A stretch of DNA of 62,784 nucleotides from an uncultured Erysipelotrichaceae bacterium. Its GTDB lineage: Bacteria; Bacillota_I; Bacilli_A; RFN20; CAG-826. This document shows positions 54,028 through 62,784 of the stretch, piece by piece. Location of the stretch: the NCBI GenBank assembly GCA_902796125.1, contig CADBNT010000029.1, positions 1-62,784 of the forward strand, given 5' to 3'. The position numbers and the translations under genes are program-made. Under the pieces are notes generated by a model. It did not search any database. It saw nothing but the letters and a program-made list of their open reading frames with translations, and was not told the DNA's origin. How positions within the stretch are numbered: position 1 is the first letter of the stretch; every line of letters begins with the position of its first letter.

Positions 54028-55280
54028 TAACGTAATTCAACGAGGTAGTAATTCTTTTTACCTCTTCTAACAACAATATATTTATTAAACATAGCGAGTT
54101 TTGAATCGACAACACAGGCTAAATCAGTATTCTTTTCACCATTTAAGGAAATAGAATTTCCTTTGATGAATTCTCTAGCTTCACGTTTTGAAGATGCTGC
54201 TTTAATTTCAATAAGGACATCTTCAAGAAGTTTTCCAGATTCAACTTCAACTTTTAAATCACCAAATAGTTCGATGATATTTGCTTCGGAAAGATCTTTG
54301 ATATTGCCGGAGAAGAGCGCTTCTGACATCTTCACTACTTCATCGGCAGCTTCTTTACCGTGAATGAGTTCAACAATTTCATAAGCGAGAGCTTTTTGAG
54401 CGACTCTCATACCAAGCTTCTCATAGTGCTCCTTAATAGTAGCTTCGATTTCTGGAATAGATTTAAATGAGAATACTTTGTAGTATCTTGCCGAATCATC
54501 ATCACTTGTGTTGATGAAATATTGATAAATTTTGTATGGAGAAACTAAGTTTCTATCTAGATATAAGGCTCCATCAACGGATTTGCCAAACTTCTTACCA
54601 TTTTCATCAAGTAAAAGTGGGACAGTGAAGCATCCTGCTTCAGCATCAACACCTTTAAGTTTTCTAATTAATTCAAGACCACTTGTGAGGTTTCCCCATT
54701 GATCTTGACCACCGATTTGAAGTTTGCATCCTTCAGTTTCATATAAATGAAGGAAGTCAATTGATTGAAGAATCATATATGAGAATTCAGTATAAGAAAT
54801 ACCAGTTTGAAGTCTCGAGGCAACGATGTCCTTGCTTAACATATAGTTAATTGGGAAATATTTACCATAATCTCTTAAGAAATCGAGAGTGGACATTTTG
54901 CTAATCCAATCATAGTTATTAAGTAAGATGCCTTTTTTAGGATCATCAAGATTAATAAATCTTGCTAATTGGTCATGAATTCTTTCGGTATTATATTTTA
55001 AAGAGTTAACATCTAAAAGATTTCTTTCCTTTGATTTACCACTTGGATCACCAATCATACCTGTCGCACCACCGACAATAGCAATGATTCTATGTCCTGC
55101 TTTTTGGAGTCTCATAAGTAAGGAAATCATGACAAAATTACCAACGTGCATTGATGAAGCACTTGGATCAAAACCACAATAAATAGTAGTTGGTTTATCA
55201 AGAAGTTTTCTCACTTCATCTTCGTTGGAGAAGTCTCTAATAAGACCACGCCACTTAAGTTCATCAATAATGTTTGCCAT
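54027..55280 (-). CDS. tyrS: tyrosine--tRNA ligase
   Basis: 417 aa with HVGN (HIGH-type), KFGKS (KMSKS-type) and a C-terminal S4-like domain. Confidence 0.96.
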   Translation of the reverse strand: MANIIDELKWRGLIRDFSNEDEVRKLLDKPTTIYCGFDPSASSMHVGNFVMISLLMRLQKAGHRIIAIVGGATGMIGDPSGKSKERNLLDVNSLKYNTERIHDQLARFINLDDPKKGILLNNYDWISKMSTLDFLRDYGKYFPINYMLSKDIVASRLQTGISYTEFSYMILQSIDFLHLYETEGCKLQIGGQDQWGNLTSGLELIRKLKGVDAEAGCFTVPLLLDENGKKFGKSVDGALYLDRNLVSPYKIYQYFINTSDDDSARYYKVFSFKSIPEIEATIKEHYEKLGMRVAQKALAYEIVELIHGKEAADEVVKMSEALFSGNIKDLSEANIIELFGDLKVEVESGKLLEDVLIEIKAASSKREAREFIKGNSISLNGEKNTDLACVVDSKLAMFNKYIVVRRGKKNYYLVELR

Positions 55281-55282
55281 AA

Positions 55283-56284
55283 TTACTCCTTTGTTGAATC
55301 ACGTTTGGTGTATTCGGATTCAAACTTGTATGTCTTTTGTTTTAATTCGTGGTTCATAAGTTCAATGAGCATATACATTGCTCTTGCACCAACATCAGAC
55401 ATGTTAATATGCATACTCGACAGAGTCGGCCTAGTTATATTAGCATATTTTGTTCCAATAAGGGAAACAACTTCAACGTCTTGTGGAACTTTAAGTCCAG
55501 AATCGGTTGCAGCATTTACAATAGCTGCAGCAATAGAATCACGATATGCAACGAAATAGCCGTTACGATGATCTTTAAAATAGCCAATGAAGTCAGCGTA
55601 TGTTCTTGTATAAGAATCATCAACGTTAAAGATGCGGTATTCTCTATTAGCGGCTTCACATGCTCTAACAAAAGCAGCTTCAGTTCTAGTTAGAAGTTGT
55701 CCGCAGTTATGAACATGAAGGAAAACCGGACGTTTGACATTGTCTTTTTCAAAATGATTATTAAGAATTCTCACTAAGTTATGTTCATAGCCAAAGGTAA
55801 TTGAACCGATTCTTTCACTCTGAATATTGTTATTAATAACAATAATAGGAACATAATATGAGGATAATTTTTCAAAATCATCTGCATCAAGCTCATCATC
55901 AAAAACAATCGCGCCATCTACGTGTGAAGTAATAACCTTATCAACTACGCTTAAAGCGTCTTTCTTAGAATGAGAAGTAACAAATAAGGAAAGAACAAAA
56001 CCTTTTTCTTTCGCGACTTCGGTAATTCCATGCAAAAGATTTGAGATATAAACATAGTTTGCTGATGGAATAACTACACCAATATTAGTGGATTTGTTTT
56101 TAGCAAGTGCTTGAGCAAGTCCAGATGGTTTATATCCTAATCGAGCAATTGTAGCTTCTACTCTTTGTCTAGTTTGAGGGGTGACGTTACCTTGATTATT
56201 AATAACGCGAGATACTGTTGCTAAAGATACGCCACTAGCTTTGGCAACTTCGTAAATCGTGACTCTTTCTTTCAAATTATCCAT
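55283..56284 (-). CDS. ccpA: LacI-family regulator, CcpA-like
   Basis: 333 aa. HTH TIYEVAKASGVSLATVSRVINN and a periplasmic-binding-like core. Global resemblance to Bacillus CcpA, with conserved neighbourhood (rpsD-tyrS..ccpA). The symbol is tentative. Confidence 0.65.
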   Translation of the reverse strand: MDNLKERVTIYEVAKASGVSLATVSRVINNQGNVTPQTRQRVEATIARLGYKPSGLAQALAKNKSTNIGVVIPSANYVYISNLLHGITEVAKEKGFVLSLFVTSHSKKDALSVVDKVITSHVDGAIVFDDELDADDFEKLSSYYVPIIVINNNIQSERIGSITFGYEHNLVRILNNHFEKDNVKRPVFLHVHNCGQLLTRTEAAFVRACEAANREYRIFNVDDSYTRTYADFIGYFKDHRNGYFVAYRDSIAAAIVNAATDSGLKVPQDVEVVSLIGTKYANITRPTLSSMHINMSDVGARAMYMLIELMNHELKQKTYKFESEYTKRDSTKE

Positions 56285-56311
56285 GAAAATATTTCCTCAA
56301 TAACGAGGTTC

Positions 56312-56340
56312 ATTATAAATGAAAATATTTTCATACGCAA
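56312..56340 (-). promoter_or_regulatory. promoter of the ccpA-like gene with a 16-bp perfect palindrome in the spacer
   Basis: Minus strand has TTGCGT (56335-56340), a 17-nt spacer, then TATAAT (56312-56317). The spacer contains ATGAAAATATTTTCAT (56319-56334). Confidence 0.55.
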
Positions 56341-57444
56341 TTAGTAAATTGGATAAGGAACTTTTTCTAAACGAGTGGATGGAACATTTCTTCTTCCTTC
56401 CTTCGCCTCGTCTTTACCATCTAGTTCTACTAAATCGCCAGTAAAGCCAACAGTCATATTATTGACAAATGAAGTACCTACACCATAAGTATCAACAGGC
56501 ACTCCAAGAGCAATCCATTCTTTAATTTTGTCTTTATTAAACGATGAAGAAACAATTATTTTCACATAATCAAAGCCATTATTATCTAAAGCTTTTCGTA
56601 AGGCAAAAATAAGTTCCTTACAAACTCCATGAGGATCAAACATAGAAGTATCTTTATCATCAAAATAATGGTCAATAAGTGATTTAGAAGTATCAACTCG
56701 AACCGCTCTTAGAGTATGACCAAGATGAGCAGCAAGTTTAAGTGAATCAGTAATAACATCGTTGTTATAGTCGATAAGCGCAGTTACTTGTTCATTAGGG
56801 AAAGTTGCATGATAAATATCAGCGGCTTTGCAAATGTCACCACCGCAGACTTGAATTAAAGCATGTGGCATGGTGCCAACACCTTTTCCACCCCACCATA
56901 ATCCTTGGGCGTCAGTAGAGACTTTACGAATACCAGCAACATATGAAGCATAGCCATCACCAATTTGTGTGTTATATTCATCTTGGCGATCAGCCATGGA
57001 GAAAATGTCTTTTCCTTTAAGTTCTTTCATAACCCAATAGACATTTGTTGCAACGCTTGAACGTCTGGCTAAAATACCGTCAATCATAGACTCTAAAAAG
57101 CCAAAATTTTCATATTTACCTTTAACCTTTAAAACAGGCTCGCCAGCTTGGATAATGTTGCCGTCATGAAGAGCGGAAATTTCTAATTCTTCAGGATGAA
57201 CAGCAAAGGTATGGATAAGAGCAATAGCCTCATCAATACCGCATGCCATAGCGTCATCTGTTCGTTGGAAAAACTGCATAGTTACAATATGATTTGGAGC
57301 GCAGTTCTCCACGATTTGACGGGATTTTAAAAAATAATTGGCGGCAAAAAATCCTGTGCCAAGTCTTTCATCAAATTTAAAAGTCTTGTTAGTTAATCTA
57401 GAGATTTTGCCTTCTTCTTTTAGTTTAATTTCTAACTCTTCCAT
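56341..57444 (-). CDS. pncB: nicotinate phosphoribosyltransferase family protein (short form)
   Basis: 367 aa type II PRTase-like protein (..GTMPHALIQ.., RVDTS). Assigned by overall resemblance. Confidence 0.6.
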   Translation of the reverse strand: MEELEIKLKEEGKISRLTNKTFKFDERLGTGFFAANYFLKSRQIVENCAPNHIVTMQFFQRTDDAMACGIDEAIALIHTFAVHPEELEISALHDGNIIQAGEPVLKVKGKYENFGFLESMIDGILARRSSVATNVYWVMKELKGKDIFSMADRQDEYNTQIGDGYASYVAGIRKVSTDAQGLWWGGKGVGTMPHALIQVCGGDICKAADIYHATFPNEQVTALIDYNNDVITDSLKLAAHLGHTLRAVRVDTSKSLIDHYFDDKDTSMFDPHGVCKELIFALRKALDNNGFDYVKIIVSSSFNKDKIKEWIALGVPVDTYGVGTSFVNNMTVGFTGDLVELDGKDEAKEGRRNVPSTRLEKVPYPIY

Positions 57445-57458
57445 ACATCTATTTACTC

Positions 57459-58076
57459 CTATTTTTGTAAAACGATTCTATGAATTTTGTGACCTATGCT
57501 ACGGAACTTGCTTTCATATTCCGTTAAAACGTCAATAGATTCGTCAAATTTATAATCTTCTTCGCTTGAAATGAGTTTAAATTTTGAAAGGGCAATTTCC
57601 TCCAAAGTAAACTCATACAATCCGTCATTATCGCTTTTAAAAATCAAATAACCATCGTTCTTAAGAAGACGATAATATTGTTCTAAAAATGTGTGAAATG
57701 TAAGTCTTCTTTTCGCATGTTTTTTCTTTGGCCAAGGATCCGCAAAGTTGATAAAAATTCCATCAAAATAATTATCAGGAAGCTGGTCAAATAATAACGC
57801 GACATCATTAGCGAATACTCTTACATTTTCCACTTTTTGATCAAGTAATTTTCTTGTTAAAAAGCCAGCGACAGTACGCACTTTCTCCACTGCTAAATAT
57901 TTATTTTCAGGATGTCTAAGTGCAGTGTTTACAATGAAATCACCTTTACCAGAACCAAATTCAACAAAAAGATTTCCCTTAGCAAAAAACTCATCTTTAA
58001 GGTCGATCTTTTCAATAACAATTTCAGGATGTTCACCAAGTAGGTCAACAGCCCATTGTTTGTATTTAGTTCTCAT
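57459..58076 (-). CDS. trmB: tRNA (guanine46-N7)-methyltransferase
   Basis: 205 aa with VEFGSGKGDF and FADPWPKKKHAKRR. Confidence 0.92.
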   Translation of the reverse strand: MRTKYKQWAVDLLGEHPEIVIEKIDLKDEFFAKGNLFVEFGSGKGDFIVNTALRHPENKYLAVEKVRTVAGFLTRKLLDQKVENVRVFANDVALLFDQLPDNYFDGIFINFADPWPKKKHAKRRLTFHTFLEQYYRLLKNDGYLIFKSDNDGLYEFTLEEIALSKFKLISSEEDYKFDESIDVLTEYESKFRSIGHKIHRIVLQK

Positions 58077-59415
58077 CAGCGGTTCCTAGTGCTAGTATAG
58101 CGCGAGCGTAAATCTCAGCTGCTTTATAAAAATCCTCAAGACGAATAAACTCGTCTGGTTCATGCATCTTAGTATCAACGCCTGGGAATTCTGCTCCAAA
58201 GGCAATTGTATTGGCGGCGTGCTTTGCGTATGTTCCACCACCGGTAATCATTGGATAGTCCTTCTTATCACCAGTTTCATCTTGGTAGGCTTTAAGTAAA
58301 GTCTTAACAAGGAAACAATTTGGATCATAAAGAAGGTATGGTGAATCATCGTCATCATAAATAGATTTAGTACCAAAGAACTTATCGAAAGCTTTAATAG
58401 TTTCAACTTTGTTTACTTCTTCGCCATATCTAAAGTTAACGACGAATGATAATTTCTTGTTTTCGTATTTAATAATACCAACGCAATACGTTGTATCAGC
58501 AAGTAATTTGGAATGCTTAAAACATCCAAAAGCTTTACCAGATGTATCTTGTAGCTTTTCGCCAAGTAACGAAAGTTTTTCTATATTATAGAAATCTCCT
58601 AAAGTTTTAAGACAAATTAAGGCTGCATTCACACCAAATTCTGGAATAGAACCATGGGATGACTTTCCAAAAAAAGTAACTCCATCGTCATTTTCTTCAA
58701 AATTAATCTTGTTCTCAGATAAGTATTTAGCAAACTTATCATGGTTTTTCATTTTAACTTTAACAAGATCGCAAACAGCATTAGGTACTACTCCACCTTC
58801 AATTGAGATAACATCAGGTAAATCAATATCTAAAGTTGGAACAAAACCAGAGATAGCTTTTTCGCCATAAATAAGTGGGAAAGAACTATCTGGAGTAAAT
58901 CCATATGTAGGAGCTTCCTTTTTAAGGACATGATAATAATGTTCAAGACAACCTGAACCTCTTTCTTCATCTCCTCCTACAACAATTCGTACACGGAAAT
59001 TTCTAATTAAACCAGCATCTTTTAATGCTTTTGTAGCATAGAATGCTGCAATCATTGGACCTTTATCATCAGAAGAGCCTCTACCAAGAAGCTTTCCATC
59101 TTCAATAAATGGTTCAAACGGGCCTTTTGTCCACTTACCCGTAGCAGGCACGACGTCAGCGTGAGCGAATATGCCTATCATACGCTCGCCTTCGCCAATA
59201 GTAAGTTCGGTACAATAACCGTCACAACGGTCAACATCAAATCCGAACTTTTCACCTAAGCGAGCAACGTAAGTAAGCGCATCATTTACGCCTTTACCAA
59301 AAGGCATTTCCTTCGCTTTAGTTTTTTCATCATAAACTGAAGGAATTTCTATAAAGTGACGCAAAGCGTCAAGCATATCAACTTTATAATTCTCAAGTAA
59401 CTTTTTGTAATTCAT
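58066..59415 (-). CDS. pepV: M20 family dipeptidase (PepV/Sapep-like)
   Basis: 449 aa with HADVVPA, GRGSSDDKGP and GGDEERG. Confidence 0.8.
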   Translation of the reverse strand: MNYKKLLENYKVDMLDALRHFIEIPSVYDEKTKAKEMPFGKGVNDALTYVARLGEKFGFDVDRCDGYCTELTIGEGERMIGIFAHADVVPATGKWTKGPFEPFIEDGKLLGRGSSDDKGPMIAAFYATKALKDAGLIRNFRVRIVVGGDEERGSGCLEHYYHVLKKEAPTYGFTPDSSFPLIYGEKAISGFVPTLDIDLPDVISIEGGVVPNAVCDLVKVKMKNHDKFAKYLSENKINFEENDDGVTFFGKSSHGSIPEFGVNAALICLKTLGDFYNIEKLSLLGEKLQDTSGKAFGCFKHSKLLADTTYCVGIIKYENKKLSFVVNFRYGEEVNKVETIKAFDKFFGTKSIYDDDDSPYLLYDPNCFLVKTLLKAYQDETGDKKDYPMITGGGTYAKHAANTIAFGAEFPGVDTKMHEPDEFIRLEDFYKAAEIYARAILALGTADEN

Positions 59416-59416
59416 A

Positions 59417-60229
59417 TTATTTGTAATTTCTTAAATATATTAAATTGAGTCCTTTAAGGACTAAATCTTCATCAAGGATAAAACTATTTTCTGGAAGACC
59501 TTCCAAAATAAAGCTTGCATATCCACCAGTAATAATGCGTTTGGAATTATAGTCACCAAGAAGATCTTGTAATTTCTTCACCATGTATTCGGTGCCAGTA
59601 ACGCTAAACCAATAGATACCTGACCTCATGCAATCAACTGTGTTTTTACCATAAAAGTCCGGTTTATCTTTCTCAACGCTTTCTTTTAAGTCCTCAAGTT
59701 GAGGAAGCAAGGCAGTATTGCCGCTCATTGCGGAGAAAGCGCCTTTTAATCCTGGAGCAAATGAAGCGCCAACAAAGGTGCCATTTTTATCAATAGCAAG
59801 ATACTTGCTAACTGTTCCTAAATCAGCAATGACACATGGATAGCCATGATAAGCAATCGCGCCAACTAAATCAGCAAGTAAATCCCCACCTACTTCTTCA
59901 GGATTATCAATATCCATCTTAAGATCTTTCACTAAATCTAACGAAAGAACCTCTGGCTCGATATTAATTGTGTATTTTAGAAATATTGAAACAAGACGAG
60001 TAAGTCCAGGGACGACACTTGAAATTAAAGCACCGCTAGGATGATTAAACTCAGGATGTTTATCTAAAAATTGTTTAAAAAAATCTTCAGCTTCATCAAA
60101 AGTAGCGTTGCGTCTTGTTGGATGAATATATTTATCAACAAGCTTTGTACCTTTAAATAATCCAACGGAAGTATTGGTGTTGCCGATATCAACAACGATT
60201 GACAATATCTTTTCAGAATAATTTTCCAT
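59417..60229 (-). CDS. coaX: type III pantothenate kinase
   Basis: 270 aa with VVDIGNTNTSVG and IADLGTVS. Confidence 0.88.
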   Translation of the reverse strand: MENYSEKILSIVVDIGNTNTSVGLFKGTKLVDKYIHPTRRNATFDEAEDFFKQFLDKHPEFNHPSGALISSVVPGLTRLVSIFLKYTINIEPEVLSLDLVKDLKMDIDNPEEVGGDLLADLVGAIAYHGYPCVIADLGTVSKYLAIDKNGTFVGASFAPGLKGAFSAMSGNTALLPQLEDLKESVEKDKPDFYGKNTVDCMRSGIYWFSVTGTEYMVKKLQDLLGDYNSKRIITGGYASFILEGLPENSFILDEDLVLKGLNLIYLRNYK

Positions 60230-60237
60230 AACAATTA

Positions 60238-62640
60238 TTAGATCACAACTATGTTGACAATCTTTCCTTTCACGATAATTACACGCTTAATTTGTTTTCC
60301 TTCAACATGACGTTTAACAGCTTCAAGTTCAAGAGCTTTAGCTTGTAAATCAGCATCAGAGATATCTTTCTTAACTTCGATAGTGTCTCTAAGCTTACCG
60401 TTTACAGAGACAGCAATCTTAACTGTATCTAAAACGAGTTTAGATTCATCTACTGTTGGCCATCTTTCATAATCAACGAGTTGTTTACCTGAGATGTGTT
60501 CGTAGATTTCTTCGCCTACGAATGGGCATACACAGGAGAACATCTTGGCAAAGTTGATCATGTATGGTCTATAAAGTGAATTAGCTTTGTATAAAGCATT
60601 CACAAAAATCATCATTTGTGAAATAGCAGTATTAATTTGAAGATTTTCAAAATCAGAAGTGACTTTCTTAACAGTTGCATTGTATGCAAAATCAAGTTCA
60701 CCACTATTAGAGTCACTTAATTTATTTTCAAATTCTTCATCGAAATAAAGTCTATAGACACGTTCAATAAATCTTCGTGCGCCTGCTAAACCGGTTGTAG
60801 ACCATGGGAACGATTCTTCAAGAGGTCCCGCAAACATTTCAAATAGACGTAAGGCATCAGCGCCATATTCTTTAACAATATCATCTGGGTTAACTACGTT
60901 ACCGCGAGACTTCGACATCTTTTCACCATTCTCACCAAGAATCATTCCTTGATGGAAAAGTTTCTTGAATGGCTCGCTAGAATAAACGACGCCTTTATCA
61001 AATAAGAACTTGTGCCAGAATCTAGCATATAAAAGGTGAAGAACAGCATGTTCTGCTCCACCGATATATAAGTCGACTGGTAACCAGTGCTTAATTAATT
61101 TTGGATCAGCAATAGCTTCATTATTTTTTGGATCGATATAACGAAGATAATACCAGCAAGATCCTGCCCATTGTGGCATGGTGTTAGTTTCTCTTTCACC
61201 TTTAATACCATTATGGTTATATTCAAGCCACTTTGTGGCTCTAGAAAGAGGAGATTTACCATCTCCACTAGGTGCGTATACATCAAGTTCAGGAAGAGTA
61301 AGTGGAAGTTCGCTCTTATCTAAACAATAAGTTGAACCATCATTTAAACTCACAACTGGAATTGGTTCTCCCCAATATCTTTGTCTAGAGAAAATCCAAT
61401 CGCGGAGTTTATAGTTAACTCTAATCTTTCCTGCACCCATCTTTTCAAGGTGGTCGATGATAGCTTTCTTTGCATCAGCGATATTAAGTCCATTTGCAAA
61501 GTCGCTATTGATGTGCTTTGCATCACCTTCCATGGCGTGTTCAGAAATATCACCTTCAAGAACTTGAATAAATTCAAGACCATGCTTTTTAGCGAATTCA
61601 TAGTCTCTTTGGTCATGAGCTGGAACAGCCATAACTGCCCCTTCTCCATAACCATATAAGACGTAATCTGCAGCATAAATAGGAACTTTTTTACCATTAA
61701 TTGGGTTAATGGCATAGGCTCCAATAAATACACCGGTTTTATCTTTGTTAAGTTCAGTTCTTTCCATATCGGATTTTGACTTAATTTGATCGATATATTT
61801 TTCAACTGCTTCTTTTTGCTCTTTAGAGACGAGTTTCTTTACGAGTGGGTGTTCAGGCGCTAAGCAACAATATGTGCAGCCAAACAAAGTGTCTGCGCGT
61901 GTAGTAAATACTTTAAATGATTCTTTAGAATCAGCCACCTTAAAAGCAATCTCAGCACCGACGGATTTGCCAATCCAGTTAGTTTGCATGGAGATAGTAG
62001 ATTTAGGCCAATCAAGTCCTGCTAATCCATCAAGTAATTTTTCAGCATAATTGGTAATTCTAAGTACCCATTGACGCATTGGCATTTTAATAACTGGGAA
62101 ACCACCAACTTCTGATTTACCATCGATAACTTCTTCGTTAGCAAGAACTGTGCCGAGTTCTGGGCAGAAATTAACTGGGATATTTGTGACATAAGCTAAA
62201 TCGGATTTATATAATTCAGTGAAAATCCACTGAGTCCATTTGTAATAGCTTGGATCACAAGTCGCAATTTCTTTGCTCCAGTCATATGAAAAACCTAAGC
62301 GCTTAATTTGATTTCTAAAGTTATCAATATTCGCTTTAGTGAATTCATATGGATGGCGATTATTTTTAATCGCATATTGTTCGGCAGGTAAACCAAAAGC
62401 ATCCCAACCCATTGGGTGAAGGACGTTAAAGCCTTGCATACGTTTCATTCTTGAAACAACATCACTCGCAGTGTAGCCAAGAGGATGTCCGACATGTAAG
62501 CCTTGTCCAGAAGGATAAGGAAACATATCTAATACATAGTATTTTGGACGTGAAAAATCATAGACGTCGCAATAGAATGGCTTTTTCTCTTCGTATACCT
62601 TTAGCCATTTCTCTTCAATTTTTATATGGTCATAGCTCAT
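60238..62640 (-). CDS. leuS: leucine--tRNA ligase
   Basis: 800 aa with [12 protein letters not shown] (HIGH) and KMSKSRGN. Confidence 0.97.
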   Translation of the reverse strand: MSYDHIKIEEKWLKVYEEKKPFYCDVYDFSRPKYYVLDMFPYPSGQGLHVGHPLGYTASDVVSRMKRMQGFNVLHPMGWDAFGLPAEQYAIKNNRHPYEFTKANIDNFRNQIKRLGFSYDWSKEIATCDPSYYKWTQWIFTELYKSDLAYVTNIPVNFCPELGTVLANEEVIDGKSEVGGFPVIKMPMRQWVLRITNYAEKLLDGLAGLDWPKSTISMQTNWIGKSVGAEIAFKVADSKESFKVFTTRADTLFGCTYCCLAPEHPLVKKLVSKEQKEAVEKYIDQIKSKSDMERTELNKDKTGVFIGAYAINPINGKKVPIYAADYVLYGYGEGAVMAVPAHDQRDYEFAKKHGLEFIQVLEGDISEHAMEGDAKHINSDFANGLNIADAKKAIIDHLEKMGAGKIRVNYKLRDWIFSRQRYWGEPIPVVSLNDGSTYCLDKSELPLTLPELDVYAPSGDGKSPLSRATKWLEYNHNGIKGERETNTMPQWAGSCWYYLRYIDPKNNEAIADPKLIKHWLPVDLYIGGAEHAVLHLLYARFWHKFLFDKGVVYSSEPFKKLFHQGMILGENGEKMSKSRGNVVNPDDIVKEYGADALRLFEMFAGPLEESFPWSTTGLAGARRFIERVYRLYFDEEFENKLSDSNSGELDFAYNATVKKVTSDFENLQINTAISQMMIFVNALYKANSLYRPYMINFAKMFSCVCPFVGEEIYEHISGKQLVDYERWPTVDESKLVLDTVKIAVSVNGKLRDTIEVKKDISDADLQAKALELEAVKRHVEGKQIKRVIIVKGKIVNIVVI

Positions 62641-62783
62641 TTTTTCAGGGCCTTTCTATAAACCTCCATGTACTGCTCAGTGGACTTTTTCCATCCATGG
62701 TCCAGTTTCATGGCGTTTTTAATTAGTTCGGAATGGAGTTTTTTATCTCCATAGACATCAAATGCACGATTAATGGCTTCGCC
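62637..62783 (-). CDS. glgA: glycogen synthase, C-terminal fragment (gene continues beyond the window)
   Basis: Hand translation: ..[48 protein letters not shown]. This matches the GlgA C-terminal pattern AM..D.sW..Sa..Y..lY. Its TGA overlaps the leuS ATG (ATGA). Not in the ORF track. Confidence 0.6.
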   Translation of the reverse strand, partial: GEAINRAFDVYGDKKLHSELIKNAMKLDHGWKKSTEQYMEVYRKALKK

Positions 62784-62784
62784 A

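Overview
AT-rich, gene-dense chromosomal segment from a genome-reduced Bacillota / Mollicutes-like organism. It uses the standard genetic code: TGA is a stop (rsmH and the glgA fragment end in TGA) and all conserved proteins read through intact. I can support about 52 CDS and one tRNA-Arg(TCT). Most genes are housekeeping, in an order I recall from Bacillus subtilis: uvrC-mutS2, rnhC, rluD-lspA-ileS, a minimal dcw cluster (mraZ-rsmH-small TM ORF, then ftsA-ftsZ, with no mur/pbp genes), pheST, glgB-glgP, ackA, nrnA-dnaE-polA-mutM/coaE, dnaB-dnaI, thrS, infC-rpmI-rplT, thiI-iscS-ezrA, rpsD, tyrS, a ccpA-like regulator, pncB, trmB, pepV, coaX, leuS and a glgA 3' fragment. Readable regulatory RNA and DNA includes T-box leaders for ileS, pheS and thrS, and an L20-type attenuator before infC. 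There is also a long rpsD leader, MraZ boxes, a cre-like site between glgB and ackA, and a 16-bp palindrome inside the ccpA-like promoter. A DnaA-box pair lies upstream of dnaB, and many intrinsic terminators are visible. Accessory content is small. It comprises a decayed mobile-element remnant next to the tRNA (an HExxH peptidase plus a frameshifted HNH nuclease) and four predicted surface or lipoprotein genes. One of these is a lipoprotein translationally coupled to a C39-like cysteine peptidase. I see no CRISPR array, transposase, integrase or recognisable defence system, and I cannot honestly point to a clear novel multi-gene system. The best leads are listed below.
- The lipoprotein plus C39-like peptidase module at 42.2-44.1 kb.
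- The DnaA-box repeat in front of the helicase-loader operon.
- The in-frame Fpg-CoaE fusion.
- A recurrent TGnTAGAnT-N6-ATG (leaderless-type) start architecture.
- An ~18-kb strand-inverted block with a nested dnaB-dnaI flip.
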